Source of the DNA: Eledone cirrhosa | Taxonomy: Eukaryota | NCBI GenBank assembly: GCA_964016885.1 | Contig: OZ024748.1 | Location: 20,150,001-20,214,000 of the forward strand | DNA: 64,000 nucleotides | Reading direction: 5' to 3' | Shown here: positions 26,046 through 41,974 of the stretch, in pieces | Position numbering within the stretch: the first letter of the stretch is position 1 | Layout of the letters: each line of letters opens with the position of its first letter | Notes under the pieces: generated by a model | Told to the model about the DNA's origin: nothing | What the model saw: only the letters and a program-made list of their open reading frames with translations | Database searches by the model: none | Position numbers and translations under genes: made by a program

Positions 26046-27254
26046 CATGCATACACACACACACACACACACACACTTGCAACTGTTTATCTAGTAGTGT
26101 AATCAATGTGGTAGCTTTCAGCCATCAGATGGTGAAAGGAAGGAGATATAACTGGCTATAGTAAAGAATGACCACTAAATGCCAGAAACTCTTTGAATAA
26201 CAGCTCATTCCAGGTGGCACCATCTGTAGGAGCTAAGGAATGGGGTGCAATTGTAAGAGACAACATCCACAGCTGTAATCATCATCATCCTCCACATCAT
26301 CATCATCACAATCATTGCCGCCGCTGCACTCTAATTTTGACAACCGAAAATTAAAAAAAAAATAATAAACAACCTCAGCCTCCAGGACGTATGGTAGATT
26401 TTTGAGATTTATTTTAGGAAAAAAGGAGCGTCTTCAATGCCGGTACATACTGTACTCTATAAGCTGATTGGTGTTAGGAAGGGCATCAAGCCAAAGAAAC
26501 TATTTTAAAAGGGCTGATAGGTGTCTTCAGTTATACCAAGTAGATAACAACATCTCTAGTGTTGATGTCATGATAAAATCTAGCCTATAATAAGCTGGTT
26601 GGTGTTAGGAAGGGTATCGAACCATAGAAACTATGCAAATTGGTTATGAAGACTCTTCAGTTATGTCAAATATATGACAACCTTTCTAACACTGGCACCA
26701 TGACAAAATGAATCCAGTACAATTCTGTTAATGAACTCAATTAGCAGGAAACTTTGAATATCTCAAAATTCTGCTTTCTTTACGCATTCAAATTCCTCAG
26801 AGAAGTTTACAAAATTAACCACAAGATTACATTTACTTCAGCAGCAGGTATTGGTGTATATTGTTAAACAATAGTATTACTTCAATACTATTTCTATTTG
26901 GCCTGAAGCCAGACTCAAAACTTACAGTCAGTTTCTCTATACGTTTTCTTAGTCTTAGCCTTCAGACTAGTAGCACATGATTAATCAACCTTGCACAGGT
27001 GCACACATGAATGATAATAATCCTCTTTGCTTTTCTAGAACATTGCTGATTTCTTCCTTTGGGAATTGCTATTTTTATAGACTTTCTCTAATTTCCTGGT
27101 GGATCATCTATAATAGTTATGGAATTCGTGATTAGCAAAAGACGTTTGGCGTATGAAAATATTAGAGTGCAAAAAGCCAGAATGACTACTGCAATACATT
27201 CTATCTGACATTTTATGACTGACAATTCACTGTCTTACATCACATCATACTGTC

Positions 27255-27460
27255 TTAACCCTTTATCATTAACATTACTCTATATTTACTATTGTATTTT
27301 CACGGTAAAGGCTTTATCTCACATAATATTGAATCTATGAGATTTTGATACTATTTATTTTGAGAACAATGCTTTAACATCAGTATGAGTGGTTAGTTAT
27401 GAACAGAAAGAGGTGAGAGAATTCTGGTCGGATACCGTCGGTTTAAATGCTAAAGGTTTA
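27255..27460. mobile_element. piggyBac-type MITE (second family)
   Basis: TTAA-CCCTTTATCATT ... AATGCTAAAGGT-TTAA; another copy at ~35336-35559 is nested in the first family. Confidence 0.65.
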
Positions 27461-28034
27461 AAAAAAGATAGACAGATTGGATAATGTAGATCTTGAAACT
27501 GAGACAGGATAGTCAAAGATGGAATGACTTTGAACATAGAGCTACTCAATTGGAGAGCCTCAGGGGCTACAAAACAACTGCTCATTACAATCTCTGATTT
27601 CTTCAAGAATACAGAGAAATTTAGTAATGTGACTGATTTTCTCATTATCAAGTTGGGGTTTAAGACATAGTTCAATAAAGGTTCTTACATAAAATTATGA
27701 TAGGTCTTTAGATAAAATATAAACACTTTAAAATAAACAAGTTAGTGTTGTATAACCAAGGGTGGTTAGTATCAAATAAGTTAACATGAAACTCAAATGA
27801 TTTGTAGAACTGATTTTCTTATTATTAAGTTGGTGTTTGGAACATAGCTTAATAAAGGTTCTTACATAAGATTATGATAGAAGGTTTTTAGATGAATATA
27901 AACACTTTAAAATAAACAACTCAGTATTTTATAACCAAGTGCAATTTTTTATAACCAGACAGCTTGTTTTCAAAAGGGTTAACATGAAAGTCAAATAATT
28001 CCTGCACGATTAAAAAAAAAAGATAAATGATAAA

Positions 28035-28340
28035 ATTCTAGTAAATGAAGACGACAACAAGTGTATCATATTTGTAATTCTGGATAAAGAGAAATATTTG
28101 CTAAAATCAACAATCTACTCAATGACAGAAAGAAATGTATAAAGATTTCAGAAAGACACCACCCAATTAATAATTAAAGTTAAATTGATTATGACGATTA
28201 ACACCCCCAACAAATCTCTCACTCCCCCATATTAATGGGAAATTCCCCCACCTCCTATATTTATGGAACAGTAAAAATTACACAAACAAAACAACACCCT
28301 CCAGACTATAATTTCATATATAAATACACTAACACAAAAG
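28035..28340 (+). pseudogene. Decayed Penelope-like reverse transcriptase fragment
   Basis: Frameshifted remnants IFVILDKEKYL and YIYGTVK/LHKQNNTLQTIIS resemble the PLE RT motifs VILDKxxY and YGLPKIHK...LRPIIS. Confidence 0.65.
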
Positions 28341-28356
28341 ATTGATGATAATATTA

Positions 28357-31300
28357 TAGCTCACATCTTTGTATGGCCTCCTATGAGGTTGGATCTCATT
28401 GGAGTTTTCTGGGTGATTTAATGATTAAGGTCCTAGTGCTTTCATGTAGTTACAATTCACATCTATGTAGCTTTGGCTGGCCTCTCACAAGGTAGCATCT
28501 CATGGGAGTTTTCTGGGTGATTTAATGATTAAGGTCCTAGTGCTTTCATGTAGTTACAATTCACATCTATGTAGCTTTGGCTGGCCTCTCACAAGGTAGC
28601 ATCTCATGGGAGTTTTCTGGGTGATTTAATGATTAAGGTCCTAGTGCTTTCATGTAGTTACAATTCACATCTATGTAGCTTTGGCTGGCCTCTCACAAGG
28701 TAGCATCTCATGGGAGTTTTATTGGGTGATTTAATGATTAAGGTCCTAGTGCTTTCATGTAGTTACAATTCACATCTACGTAGCTTTGGCTGGCCTCTCA
28801 CAAGGTAGCATCTCATGGGAGTTTTCTGGGTGATTTAATGATTAAGGTCCTAGTGCTTTCATGTAGTTACAATTCACATCTATGTAGCTTTGGCTGGCCT
28901 CTCACAAGGTAGCATCTCATGGGAGTTTTCTGGGTGATTTAATGATTAAGGTCCTAGTGCTTTCATGTAGTTACAATTCACATCTATGTAGCTTTGGCTG
29001 GCCTCTCACAAGGTAGCATCTCATGGGAGTTTTATTGGGTGATTTAATGATTAAGGTCCTAGTGCTTTCATGTAGTTACAATTCACATCTATGTAGCTTT
29101 GGCTGGCCTCTCACAAGGTAGCATCTCATGGGAGTTTTATTGGGTGATTTAATGATTAAGGTCCTAGTGCTTTCATGTAGTTACAATTCACATCTATGTA
29201 GCTTTGGCTGGCCTCTCACAAGGTAGCATCTCATGGGAGTTTTATTGGGTGATTTAATGATTAAGGCCCTAGTGCTTTCGTGTTGTTACAACTCACATCT
29301 ATGTAGCTTTGGCTGGCCTCTCACAAGGTAGCATCTCATGGGAGTTTTATTGGGTGATTTAATGATTAAGGCCCTAGTGCTTTCATGTAGTTACAATTCA
29401 CATCTATGTAGCTTTGGCTGGCCTCTCACAAGGTAGCATCTCATGGGAGTTTTATTGGGTGATTTAATGATTAAGGTCCTAGTGCTTTCATGTAGTTACA
29501 ATTCACATCTATGTAGCTTTGGCTGGCCTCTCACAAGGTAGCATCTCATGGGAGTTTTATTGGGTGATTTAATGATTAAGGTCCTAGTGCTTTCATGTAG
29601 TTACAATTCACATCTATGTAGCTTTGGCTGGCCTCTCACAAGGTAGCATCTCATGGGAGTTTTATTGGGTGATTTAATGATTAAGGTCCTAGTGCTTTCA
29701 TGTAGTTACAATTCACATCTATGTAGCTTTGGCTGGCCTCTCACAAGGTAGCATCTCATGGGAGTTTTATTGGGTGATTTAATGATTAAGGTCCTAGTGC
29801 TTTCATGTAGTTACAATTCACATCTATGTAGCTTTGGCTGGCCTCTCACAAGGTAGCATCTCATGGGAGTTTTCTGGGTGATTTAATGATTAAGGTCCTA
29901 GTGCTTTCATGTAGTTACAATTCACATCTACGTAGCTTTGGCTGGCCTCTCACAAGGTAGCATCTCATGGGAGTTTTCTGGGTGATTTAATGATTAAGGT
30001 CCTAGTGCTTTCATGTAGTTACAATTCACATCTATGTAGCTTTGGCTGGCCTCTCACAAGGTAGCATCTCATGGGAGTTTTCTGGGTGATTTAATGATTA
30101 AGGTCCTAGTGCTTTCATGTAGTTACAATTCACATCTATGTAGCTTTGGCTGGCCTCTCACAAGGTAGCATCTCATGGGAGTTTTATTGGGTGATTTAAT
30201 GATTAAGGTCCTAGTGCTTTCATGTAGTTACAATTCACATCTATGTAGCTTTGGCTGGCCTCTCACAAGGTAGCATCTCATGGGAGTTTTATTGGGTGAT
30301 TTAATGATTAAGGTCCTAGTGCTTTCATGTAGTTACAATTCACATCTATGTAGCTTTGGCTGGCCTCTCACAAGGTAGCATCTCATGGGAGTTTTATTGG
30401 GTGATTTAATGATTAAGGCCCTAGTGCTTTCGTGTTGTTACAACTCACATCTATGTAGCTTTGGCTGGCCTCTCACAAGGTAGCATCTCATGGGAGTTTT
30501 ATTGGGTGATTTAATGATTAAGGCCCTAGTGCTTTCATGTAGTTACAATTCACATCTATGTAGCTTTGGCTGGCCTCTCACAAGGTAGCATCTCATGGGA
30601 GTTTTATTGGGTGATTTAATGATTAAGGCCCTAGTGCTTTCGTGTTGTTACAACTCACATCTATGTAGCTTTGGCTGGCCTCTCACAAGGTAGCATCTCA
30701 TGGGAGTTTTATTGGGTGATTTAATGATTAAGGCCCTAGTGCTTTCATGTAGTTACAATTCACATCTATGTAGCTTTGGCTGGCCTCTCACAAGGTAGCA
30801 TCTCATGGGAGTTTTATTGGGTGATTTAATGATTAAGGTCCTAGTGCTTTCATATAGTTACAATTCACATCTATGTAGCTTTGGCTGGCCTCTCACAAGG
30901 TAGCATCTCATGGGAGTTTTCTGGGTGATTTAATGATTAAGGTCCTAGTGCTTTCATGTAGTTACAATTCACATCTATGTAGCTTTGGCTGGCCTCTCAC
31001 AAGGTAGCATCTCATGGGAGTTTTATTGGGTGATTTAATGATTAAGGCCCTAGTGCTTTCGTGTAGTTACAATTCACATCTATGTAGCTTTGGCTGGCCT
31101 CTCACAAGGTAGCATCTCATGGGAGTTTTATTGGGTGATTTAATGATTAAGGCCCTAGTGCTTTCGTGTTGTTACAACTCACATCTATATAGCTTTGGCT
31201 GGCCTCTCACAAGGTTGCATCTCATTGGAGTTTTCTTGGGGGTGATTTAATGAATAGGGCCCTAGTCCTATTGTGTTGTTACAGCTCACATCTATGCAGC

Positions 31301-31365
31301 TTTGGCTGGCCTCTTATGAGGTTGCATTTCATTGAAAAAGTTTTTAGGGGGTGATTTAATGATAG
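28357..31365. repeat. 104/105-bp satellite, ~28-29 copies, with degenerate edge units
   Basis: Unit CATCTCATGGGAGTTTT(AT/C)TGGGTGATTTAATGATTAAGG...CTCACAAGGTAG. Confidence 0.97.
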
Positions 31366-31954
31366 GAGTCACACTCTTAATATGAAAAGACTCCTCTCTG
31401 CACTGAAACCAGTTTGTTACAGGTGATATGGTACTCAACTTTTTTCACTCACTGAACTGGGGCAATGTGGAATGAAGTGTATTGCCCAAGCACACAATGA
31501 GCTGCCTGGTCATGGAATCAAACCCATGACTTTATGATTGTAAGTTCAACACCCTAATAACCAGGCCACATGTCTTTACAAGAAAACACTACTAAACAAT
31601 ACACGGCTCTCTTTTCTCTGAGTTCAAATCCTGCCATGGTCAACTTTTCCTTTCATCCTTTCAAGGTCAATAAAAAAATTATCAATCTAGTACTGGGGTT
31701 GATTCTTCCTTTATATTTTCTCTCTCACTTTCTATCTTTCTCTGGAAGAAATCTACTCTACTCAGGCTTGGCGAGGGAAGGGCTCTGCCAGGCTTAAATG
31801 CCCAAGAAACACTGTATGTCAATATAGCACCCCTACAACTTTATCAGGAGTTACAGAACCATACCATCAAACTAAACAATACACGTGTTTGAAATACAAT
31901 GTTTGATTATCTAAGAAATTTGTGGAGATCTCAGAAAAAACCTAACCAAATTGC

Positions 31955-33500
<1,546 letters not shown>

Positions 33501-34017
33501 TATCAGCTAATATTTTAATTTAATTAATATATGTAGTAGTGTAGTAAAATTATAATAACAAGAGTTATTTTTAAACATCAAAAGACTTTGGAAATGAATT
33601 TGAAATAAACCATATAAAAATTTTTCAAAAAAAAAATCTTTTTTTTTGTAGATTGATAAAAAAAAAATAAAGCATTGATTTTACTTATATTTTTTTAATG
33701 TTAACACCCCTAGCAACATAGGGTGCTTAAATAAGAATAATTATATTTCTCCTCTTCCCTCCAATTTTAAACAAAATCCAGTTCTGAGACACAGGAATCA
33801 AACCCACCCTTCTCGTTCTTACATACTCTCTGTTCTGTGTGTATCAGGTTTAGAATATGTACACTATATCCCTCTGTTTTCTAAGACATGGATAAAAGAA
33901 AACCTAGCACCAGGAAAGGGCATGAAGGTGCATGACATAGTAGTTAGGGTGCTGAAATGTCAATAATAAGGTTGTGGGTTTGATTACTAGACTCTGCAGA
34001 GCCTTCTGTTCTAATAA

Positions 34018-34530
34018 AATAATAATAATGAAATATTGTGTACAGTGCTCAGGTGCACTACAACTCATCAAAAAGTGTATGTATAGTACATAGGGTAATG
34101 TACAAACATCAGGAAAATGAACAGTGCATGAGTCATGATACACACATGTGTGCATGTGTATGGAAGGGGTACATCAGGTGTAGTTTTGGCGTATTTCTGG
34201 AAGCATGAGTGTCTTAAAGGATGCAGTGTCTCGGCAGCTAACAACTGACGCAGGTAGTTTGTTCCATGCTTCAGCAACTCTGAGCGTGAAAAAATGTTTA
34301 CGAAAGTCATGGGAGCTGTGCTGTTTTCTGATTTTGTAGGCATGTCCACGTGTGTTAGACACATGGAGATCAAAAAGGTGCTCAGGGTTGCAATTGGCGA
34401 GATGGTTAATAACTTTGTGGGTATTTACCAAGTCCATTGTCAGATGTCGGAGCTCCAATGAATCCATGCCCAGGGAAGCAAGGCGTTCAGAGTATGGTAG
34501 GTGTCTGATGGAGGGTATTGCATTTCACGT
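34018..34530 (-). mobile_element. CR1/L2-clade LINE 3' fragment
   Basis: ORF 34174-34467 has SLELR...TRGHAYKI...FRKHFFTLRVAEAWNKLP...SFK, a typical CR1-group ORF2 C-terminus; (ATT)n tail. Confidence 0.85.
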
Positions 34531-34563
34531 TGCTTTTCAAGATAGGGATAGGACCCCCTTGCA

Positions 34564-34652
34564 TTAACCCCTTCAGTGCCATAGACGAGATAACTCATCC
34601 TAACATCTATGCACTCCATGGCCACAGATGAGATAACTCATCCTAACATGTT
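34564..34652. mobile_element. piggyBac-like terminal fragment
   Basis: TTAACCCCTTCAGTG plus duplicated GAGATAACTCATCCTAACAT subterminal repeat; the same end appears in opposite orientation at ~58665-58748. Confidence 0.55.
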
Positions 34653-35974
34653 TGAACTCGTTCCCAAAAGTTCATAGCTTCAAAGCTAGATGGGGTTACT
34701 AGTTTATTGATGTGACGTTTGTCAACCAAAATAGTCATTTTACTGACAAAAAACAACAACCCATTACAGCAACTGTAGCTGTGCAATATACAATGGTGAA
34801 CAGTTTGAAGCACCCAAGAAACATGCTATGAGATGCAACTCAGTAGAAGACCAGCTAAACCTACATAGGTGTGAGCTGTAAATTCCATCTTTATTTCCAT
34901 TAGAAAGCACATCTGGTTGTAAAACACAATGTCTGGTGAGCATGAAGCTTATCATGGGGCTCGCAAAGATAGCCCTTGCTTGGGAGACACTTCATCCATT
35001 TCCCCTTTACATAAAGCAAACATAATTCAATAGTCTTAAGGATAAGACAGTTCCACTGTCTTAAGGCCATTCATTACCATATTTATATTGAAAGACACTG
35101 CCTATGATTTTCAAACCATGTTGAAAGTAATCAAGAATTTGGAATGATTCAGGCATACAATTAACTTTGTCCTTACTTTTACTGGTATTTGGAACATAAC
35201 TTAACAAGTATTCATATGACAGAAGATTTTTAGATAAAAATAAACACTTTAAAAACAAGGTTTTACATCATAGAACGAGGAAGAGTTTCAGGCAGTCTGG
35301 TATCAAAAGAATTAAGTTGATGTTTAGAATATAACTTAACCCTTTAACATATGCATTACTCTATATTTACTACTGTATTTTTGCAGGCTTTACCACACAT
35401 AATTATCTCACATACTATCAAATCTATGAGATTTCGATATTATTTATTTTGATAACAATACCTTAACATCAGTATGAGTGGTCAGTTATGGCTGATTTGA
35501 ACAGAAAGAGGTGAGAGTATTCTGGCTGGTTACGTCCAGTTTAAATGCTAAAGGGTTAAAAAAGCGTCCATACATAAAATTATTATGGAAGGCTTTTAGA
35601 TAAATATAAACACTTTATCCAAGTTTTATATCGTAGAACCCAGGAGAGTTTCAGGTGTTTTGGTATTGAATGGGTTAATTCTCACTTCATTCCTTTGTGT
35701 GTCAATTTAAAGATAAATAAATATTTCAAAGATTTCTATTGTTGGAAAGAAGTTAGAGGCAAGAAGTTAATTTTATCTTAGAAATATCTGACAAAGATTT
35801 AGACAAGATTTGAAACAGATGTAGAGAGTAAGTAAAGAGAGAAAATATTCTACAGTATATACAGTTGGTTCTCTCTTTGGTATCATCAGATTATGAGCAG
35901 AAGTGTAGCTTAGTTAAAACCTCAACTTAACAAAACCTCACAGAGGAGGAAGAAGAAACAAGGTAGAAGAAAAA

Positions 35975-38145
35975 GCAGTGGTGGTGTGGTTGGTGTCATT
36001 AGAGGTGGTGGCGGTGTTATGGTGTGGTGATGGTGTTGGTGGTGGTGGTGTTGTTGGTTGATGGCATGCTGATAGTGGTGGCATTGGTGGCTGTGGTCCA
36101 GGTGGGTTTGGTGATGGTGGTGTTGGTGGTGGTGGGCTTGGTAGTATTGGTGGTGGCATGATGACGGTGGTGTTGGCGGTGGTGGGCTTGGTAGTGTTGG
36201 TGGTGATGGTGGTGGTGGTGGTGGTGTTGGTTGGTGGCATGGTGATAGTGGTGGCATTGGTGGCTGTGGTCCTGGTGGGTTTGGTGATGGTGGTGTTGGT
36301 GGTGGTGGGCTTGGTAGTATTGGTGGTGGCATGATGATGGTGGTGTTGGCGGTGGTGGGCTTGGTAGTGTTGGTGGTGATGGTGGTGGTGGTGGTGTTGG
36401 TTGGTGGCATGGTGATAGTGGTGGCATTGGTGGCTGTGGTCCTGGTGGGTTTAGTGATGGTGGTGTTGGTGGTGGTGGGCTTGGTAGTGTTGGTGATGGT
36501 GGGTTTGGTGATGGTGGTGTTGGTGGTGGTGGGTTTGGTAGTATTGGTGGTGGCATGGTGATGGTGGTGTTGGTGGGCTTGGTAGTGTTGGTGATGGTGG
36601 TGGTGATGGTGGTGTTGGTGGTGGTGGGCTTGGTAGTGTTGGTGGTGGCATGGTGATGGTGGTGGTGGTGGGCTTGGTAGTGTTGGTAGGTTTGACGGTG
36701 ATGGTGCTGGTGTTGGTGGTGGCATTGGTGATGGTCCTGGTGGGCTTCGTAGTGGTGGTGTTGGTGGTTGTGGTGGTGGTGGTGGTGGTGGTGGTGTTGG
36801 TGGTGGTGGTGTTGGTGATGGTGTTGGTGATGGTGGTGTTGGTGGGCTTGATAGTGTTGGTGGTGTTGGTGGTGGTGGTGTGCTTCGTAGTATTGGCAGT
36901 GCTATGGTGTGGTGATGGTGTTGGTGGTGGTGGTGGTGGGCTTGGTAGTATTGGTGGTGGTGTGGTATGGTGATGGTGTTGGTGGTGGTGGTGGTGGTGG
37001 TGGTGGTGTTGGTGGTGGTGGTGTTGGTGATGGTGTTGGTGATGGTGGTGTTGGTGATGGTGGTGTTGGTGGGCTTGATAGTGTTGGTGGTGTTGGTGGT
37101 GGTGGTGTGCTTCGTAGTATTGGCAGTGCTATGGTGTGGTGATGGTATTGGTGGTGGTGTGGTATGGTGATGGTGTTGGTGGTGTTGTGCTTGGTAGTAT
37201 TGGCAGTGGTGTGGTGATGGTGATGGTAGCGTTGGTAGTTTTGTTGTTGGTGATGGTAGGCTTGATGGTGTTGGTGGTTGTGGTGGTATTGGTGGTGTTA
37301 TTGTTGGTGGTGGTGTTGGTGGGATTGGTGGGTGTGGTCCTGATGGGCTTGGTAGTGTTGGTGATGGTGGTGTTGGTGGTGGTGGGCTTGGTAGTGTTGG
37401 TGGTATTGGTGGTGATGGTGTTAACTGTGGTGTGCTTTTTAGTATTGGCGGTGGTATGTTGATGGTGATGGTAGTGTTGGTGTTGGTGATGGTAGGCTTC
37501 ATGGTGTTGGTGGTTGTGGTGATGTTGGTAGTGGTGATGGTCATGGTGTTGGTAGTGGTGATGGTGGTGGTGGTGGTAATGGTGGTGGTATTGGTGCTGG
37601 TAGGCTTGGTGTTATTGTTGGTGGTGGTGTTGATGATGATTGTAGTGGTGCTGGTGTTGGTGGTAGTGCAGGTTTTTGTGTGGTGATTGTGTTGGTGGTG
37701 GTGCTTATGGCGATGGTTTTGCTGGTGGTGATGGTGCTGGTAGTGGTTGTCAGAGTATTGGTGGTGATGGTGATGGTGCTGCTGTTGGTACAGGTAGTTG
37801 TGTGGTGATGGTGGTGGTGGTGGTGTTGGTGTTGGTTGTGTAAGTGGCATTGGTAGTGACGGTGTTAGTGCTGACGGTGATGGCGTTGGTGAAGGTACCA
37901 GTGGTGGTGTTAATGGGAATGTTATTGGTGGTGCTGGTGTCGTTGGCGGTGACAGTGGTGATGGCATTGGTGGTGACCGTGTTGGTGGCATTGGGGGTGT
38001 TGGTGATGGTGACAGTGGTGGTGTTTGTGGTGTTAGTGGGAGTGTCAGTAGTGATGGTGATGATAGTGTTGGTGATGGTGACAATGGTGCTGCTATTGGG
38101 AGTATTAGTGTTAGTGGTGGCAGTGGTGATGTTGCTGGTGGTATT
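35975..38145. repeat. (GGT/GAT/GTT)n low-complexity tract with internal higher-order duplications
   Basis: Directly visible; the 720-aa ORF is repeat-derived. Confidence 0.9.
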
Positions 38146-38529
38146 TAAAGATGGAACCTCTTCAGACACAAACAATGTTATTGTAAGATCCGCTTAAGTA
38201 TTAGGGATATTTCTCTTTAGAAGTTTTTCCATGGTATGAGGGGACTACTTTCAAAAACTGAACATCTGATACACATAACAAGAACTGAGCAGAACAGAAG
38301 AGAAAAAGAATGAGAAGTATAGAGAGGCTTGAAGACTTCGTAATTGAAAACAAAATTCTATTTTTGGTTAGCAAACCACAGAGATAAAACAATAATTGGA
38401 ATGTTATTTAAATATAGAAGAATAAAACCTGAAAAAAAAAACAAGCTCCAAAAAAAAAAACATCCTCCAACACCTTCAGAAGTATCTTAATTTTTTGTTC
38501 TATGAAAACAAACATTTACATATATATAT

Positions 38530-41500
38530 ACAGTTGGGTGCGGATGCATTCATGTATATATGTGTGTGTCCGCATGTATCTGTGTGTTTCTAAATATATT
38601 AATAACTCCCTCTGGTCGAGCAATCTTTGAAGTGTGGGGACAACTGGAAAGCTTCCATTACTCATACTTCTCGCCTTCTTCACTACCTCTTCTACGGCCT
38701 CGATATGAATACCCCCTCTGCCTCCGTGGTATTTTCTTCGTGGTTATAAGAGGCTTAGCTCTGTTTCTCGACCGTTATATCGCGTGACTATCTCCCCCTC
38801 CGCCTTTTGGGATTCTTTCTCACGTCGTGTAGACGCGTTCTTGAGACTAGTAAAATGAGGTATCCTCTTGATAAGTTGGCAGACCTCGCAAGGACTCTAT
38901 ATCTTTGATATATTGTTTTTGTTTATGCCACGAAACTACGTAGTCGAGGAATTTAGGAGCAGTTTAGGTATGATACATTTTATTACTAATTATATCTAAA
39001 TGTTTCTTCTCTCTTCATAATGTATTTTTAACTCTGATACTGGTTCAGTCTGGTTCAAACTGAATTGGTCTGTCCCAGTCATTCATTGAGCAACATCGGT
39101 GAAGTTGGCACCCTTAACTCACAGTTGGGTGCGGATGCATTCATGTATATATGTGTGTGTCCGCATGTATCTGTGTGTTTCTAAATATATTAATAACTCC
39201 CTCTGGTCGAGCAATCTTTGAAGTGTGGGGACAACTGGAAAGCTTCCATTACTCATACTTCTCGCCTTCTTCACTACCTCTTCTACGGCCTCGATATGAA
39301 TACCCCCTCCGCCTCCGTGGTATTTTCTTCGTGGTTATAAGAGGCTTAGCTCTGTTTCTCGACCGTTATATCGCGTGACTATCTCCCCCTCCGCCTTTTG
39401 GGATTCTTTCTCACGTCGTGTAGACGCGTTCTTGAGACTAGTAAAATGAGGTATCCTCTTGATAAGTTGGCAGACCTCGCAAGGACTCTATATCTTTGAT
39501 ATATTGTTTTTGTTTATGCCACGAAACTACGTAGTCGAGGAATTTAGGAGCAGTTTAGGTATGATACATTTTATTACTAATTATATCTAAATGTTTCTTC
39601 TCTCTTCATAATGTATTTTTAACTCTGATACTGGTTCAGTCTGGTTCAAACTGAATTGGTCTGTCCCAGTCATTCATTGAGCAACATCGGTGAAGTTGGC
39701 ACCCTTAACTCACAGTTGGGTGCGGATGCATTCATGTATATATGTGTGTGTCCGCATGTATCTGTGTGTTTCTAAATATATTAATAACTCCCTCTGGTCG
39801 AGCAATCTTTGAAGTGTGGGGACAACTGGAAAGCTTCCATTACTCATACTTCTCGCCTTCTTCACTACCTCTTCTACGGCCTCGATATGAATACCCCCTC
39901 CGCCTCCGTGGTATTTTCTTCGTGGTTATAAGAGGCTTAGCTCTGTTTCTCGACCGTTATATCGCGTGACTATCTCCCCCTCCGCCTTTTGGGATTCTTT
40001 CTCACGTCGTGTAGACGCGTTCTTGAGACTAGTAAAATGAGGTATCCTCTTGATAAGTTGGCAGACCTCGCAAGGACTCTATATCTTTGATATATTGTTT
40101 TTGTTTATGCCACGAAACTACGTAGTCGAGGAATTTAGGAGCAGTTTAGGTATGATACATTTTATTACTAATTATATCTAAATGTTTCTTCTCTCTTCAT
40201 AATGTATTTTTAACTCTGATACTGGTTCAGTCTGGTTCAAACTGAATTGGTCTGTCCCAGTCATTCATTGAGCAACATCGGTGAAGTTGGCACCCTTAAC
40301 TCACAGTTGGGTGCGGATGCATTCATGTATATATGTGTGTGTCCGCATGTATCTGTGTGTTTCTAAATATATTAATAACTCCCTCTGGTCGAGCAATCTT
40401 TGAAGTGTGGGGACAACTGGAAAGCTTCCATTACTCATACTTCTCGCCTTCTTCACTACCTCTTCTACGGCCTCGATATGAATACCCCCTCCGCCTCCGT
40501 GGTATTTTCTTCGTGGTTATAAGAGGCTTAGCTCTGTTTCTCGACCGTTATATCGCGTGACTATCTCCCCCTCCGCCTTTTGGGATTCTTTCTCACGTCG
40601 TGTAGACGCGTTCTTGAGACTAGTAAAATGAGGTATCCTCTTGATAAGTTGGCAGACCTCGCAAGGACTCTATATCTTTGATATATTGTTTTTGTTTATG
40701 CCACGAAACTACGTAGTCGAGGAATTTAGGAGCAGTTTAGGTATGATACATTTTATTACTAATTATATCTAAATGTTTCTTCTCTCTTCATAATGTATTT
40801 TTAACTCTGATACTGGTTCAGTCTGGTTCAAACTGAATTGGTCTGTCCCAGTCATTCATTGAGCAACATCGGTGAAGTTGGCACCCTTAACTCACAGTTG
40901 GGTGCGGATGCATTCATGTATATATGTGTGTGTCCGCATGTATCTGTGTGTTTCTAAATATATTAATAACTCCCTCTGGTCGAGCAATCTTTGAAGTGTG
41001 GGGACAACTGGAAAGCTTCCATTACTCATACTTCTCGCCTTCTTCACTACCTCTTCTACGGCCTCGATATGAATACCCCCTCCGCCTCCGTGGTATTTTC
41101 TTCGTGGTTATAAGAGGCTTAGCTCTGTTTCTCGACCGTTATATCGCGTGACTATCTCCCCCTCCGCCTTTTGGGATTCTTTCTCACGTCGTGTAGACGC
41201 GTTCTTGAGACTAGTAAAATGAGGTATCCTCTTGATAAGTTGGCAGACCTCGCAAGGACTCTATATCTTTGATATATTGTTTTTGTTTATGCCACGAAAC
41301 TACGTAGTCGAGGAATTTAGGAGCAGTTTAGGTATGATACATTTTATTACTAATTATATCTAAATGTTTCTTCTCTCTTCATAATGTATTTTTAACTCTG
41401 ATACTGGTTCAGTCTGGTTCAAACTGAATTGGTCTGTCCCAGTCATTCATTGAGCAACATCGGTGAAGTTGGCACCCTTAACTCACAGTTGGGTGCGGAT

Positions 41501-41974
41501 GCATTCATGTATATATGTGTGTGTCCGCATGTATCTGTGTGTTTCTAAATATATTAATAACTCCCTCTGGTCGAGCAATCTTTGAAGTGTGGGGACAACT
41601 GGAAAGCTTCCATTACTCATACTTCTCGCCTTCTTCACTACCTCTTCTACGGCCTCGATATGAATACCCCCTCCGCCTCCGTGGTATTTTCTTCGTGGTT
41701 ATAAGAGGCTTAGCTCTGTTTCTCGACCGTTATATCGCGTGACTATCTCCCCCTCCGCCTTTTGGGATTCTTTCTCACGTCGTGTAGACGCGTTCTTGAG
41801 ACTAGTAAAATGAGGTATCCTCTTGATAAGTTGGCAGACCTCGCAAGGACTCGATATCTTTGATATATTGTTTTTGTTTATGCCACGAAACTACGTAGTC
41901 GAGGAATTTAGGAGCAGTTTAGGTATGATACATTTTATTACTAATTATATCTAAATGTTTCTTCTCTCTTCATA

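Noticed and set aside
28357-31365. CRISPR-like appearance of the regular arrays (also 38530-41980)
   Set aside because: No unique spacers, no cas genes, eukaryotic context
38200-38440. Possible minus-strand exon after a strong acceptor (ttttttttcag at ~38429)
   Set aside because: All frames close quickly and there is no similarity to WWOX or any protein I recognise
38560-38787. 75-aa ORF repeated in each 591-bp unit
   Set aside because: Short, starts in a GT-rich patch and has no recognisable motif; its conservation simply follows from repeat identity
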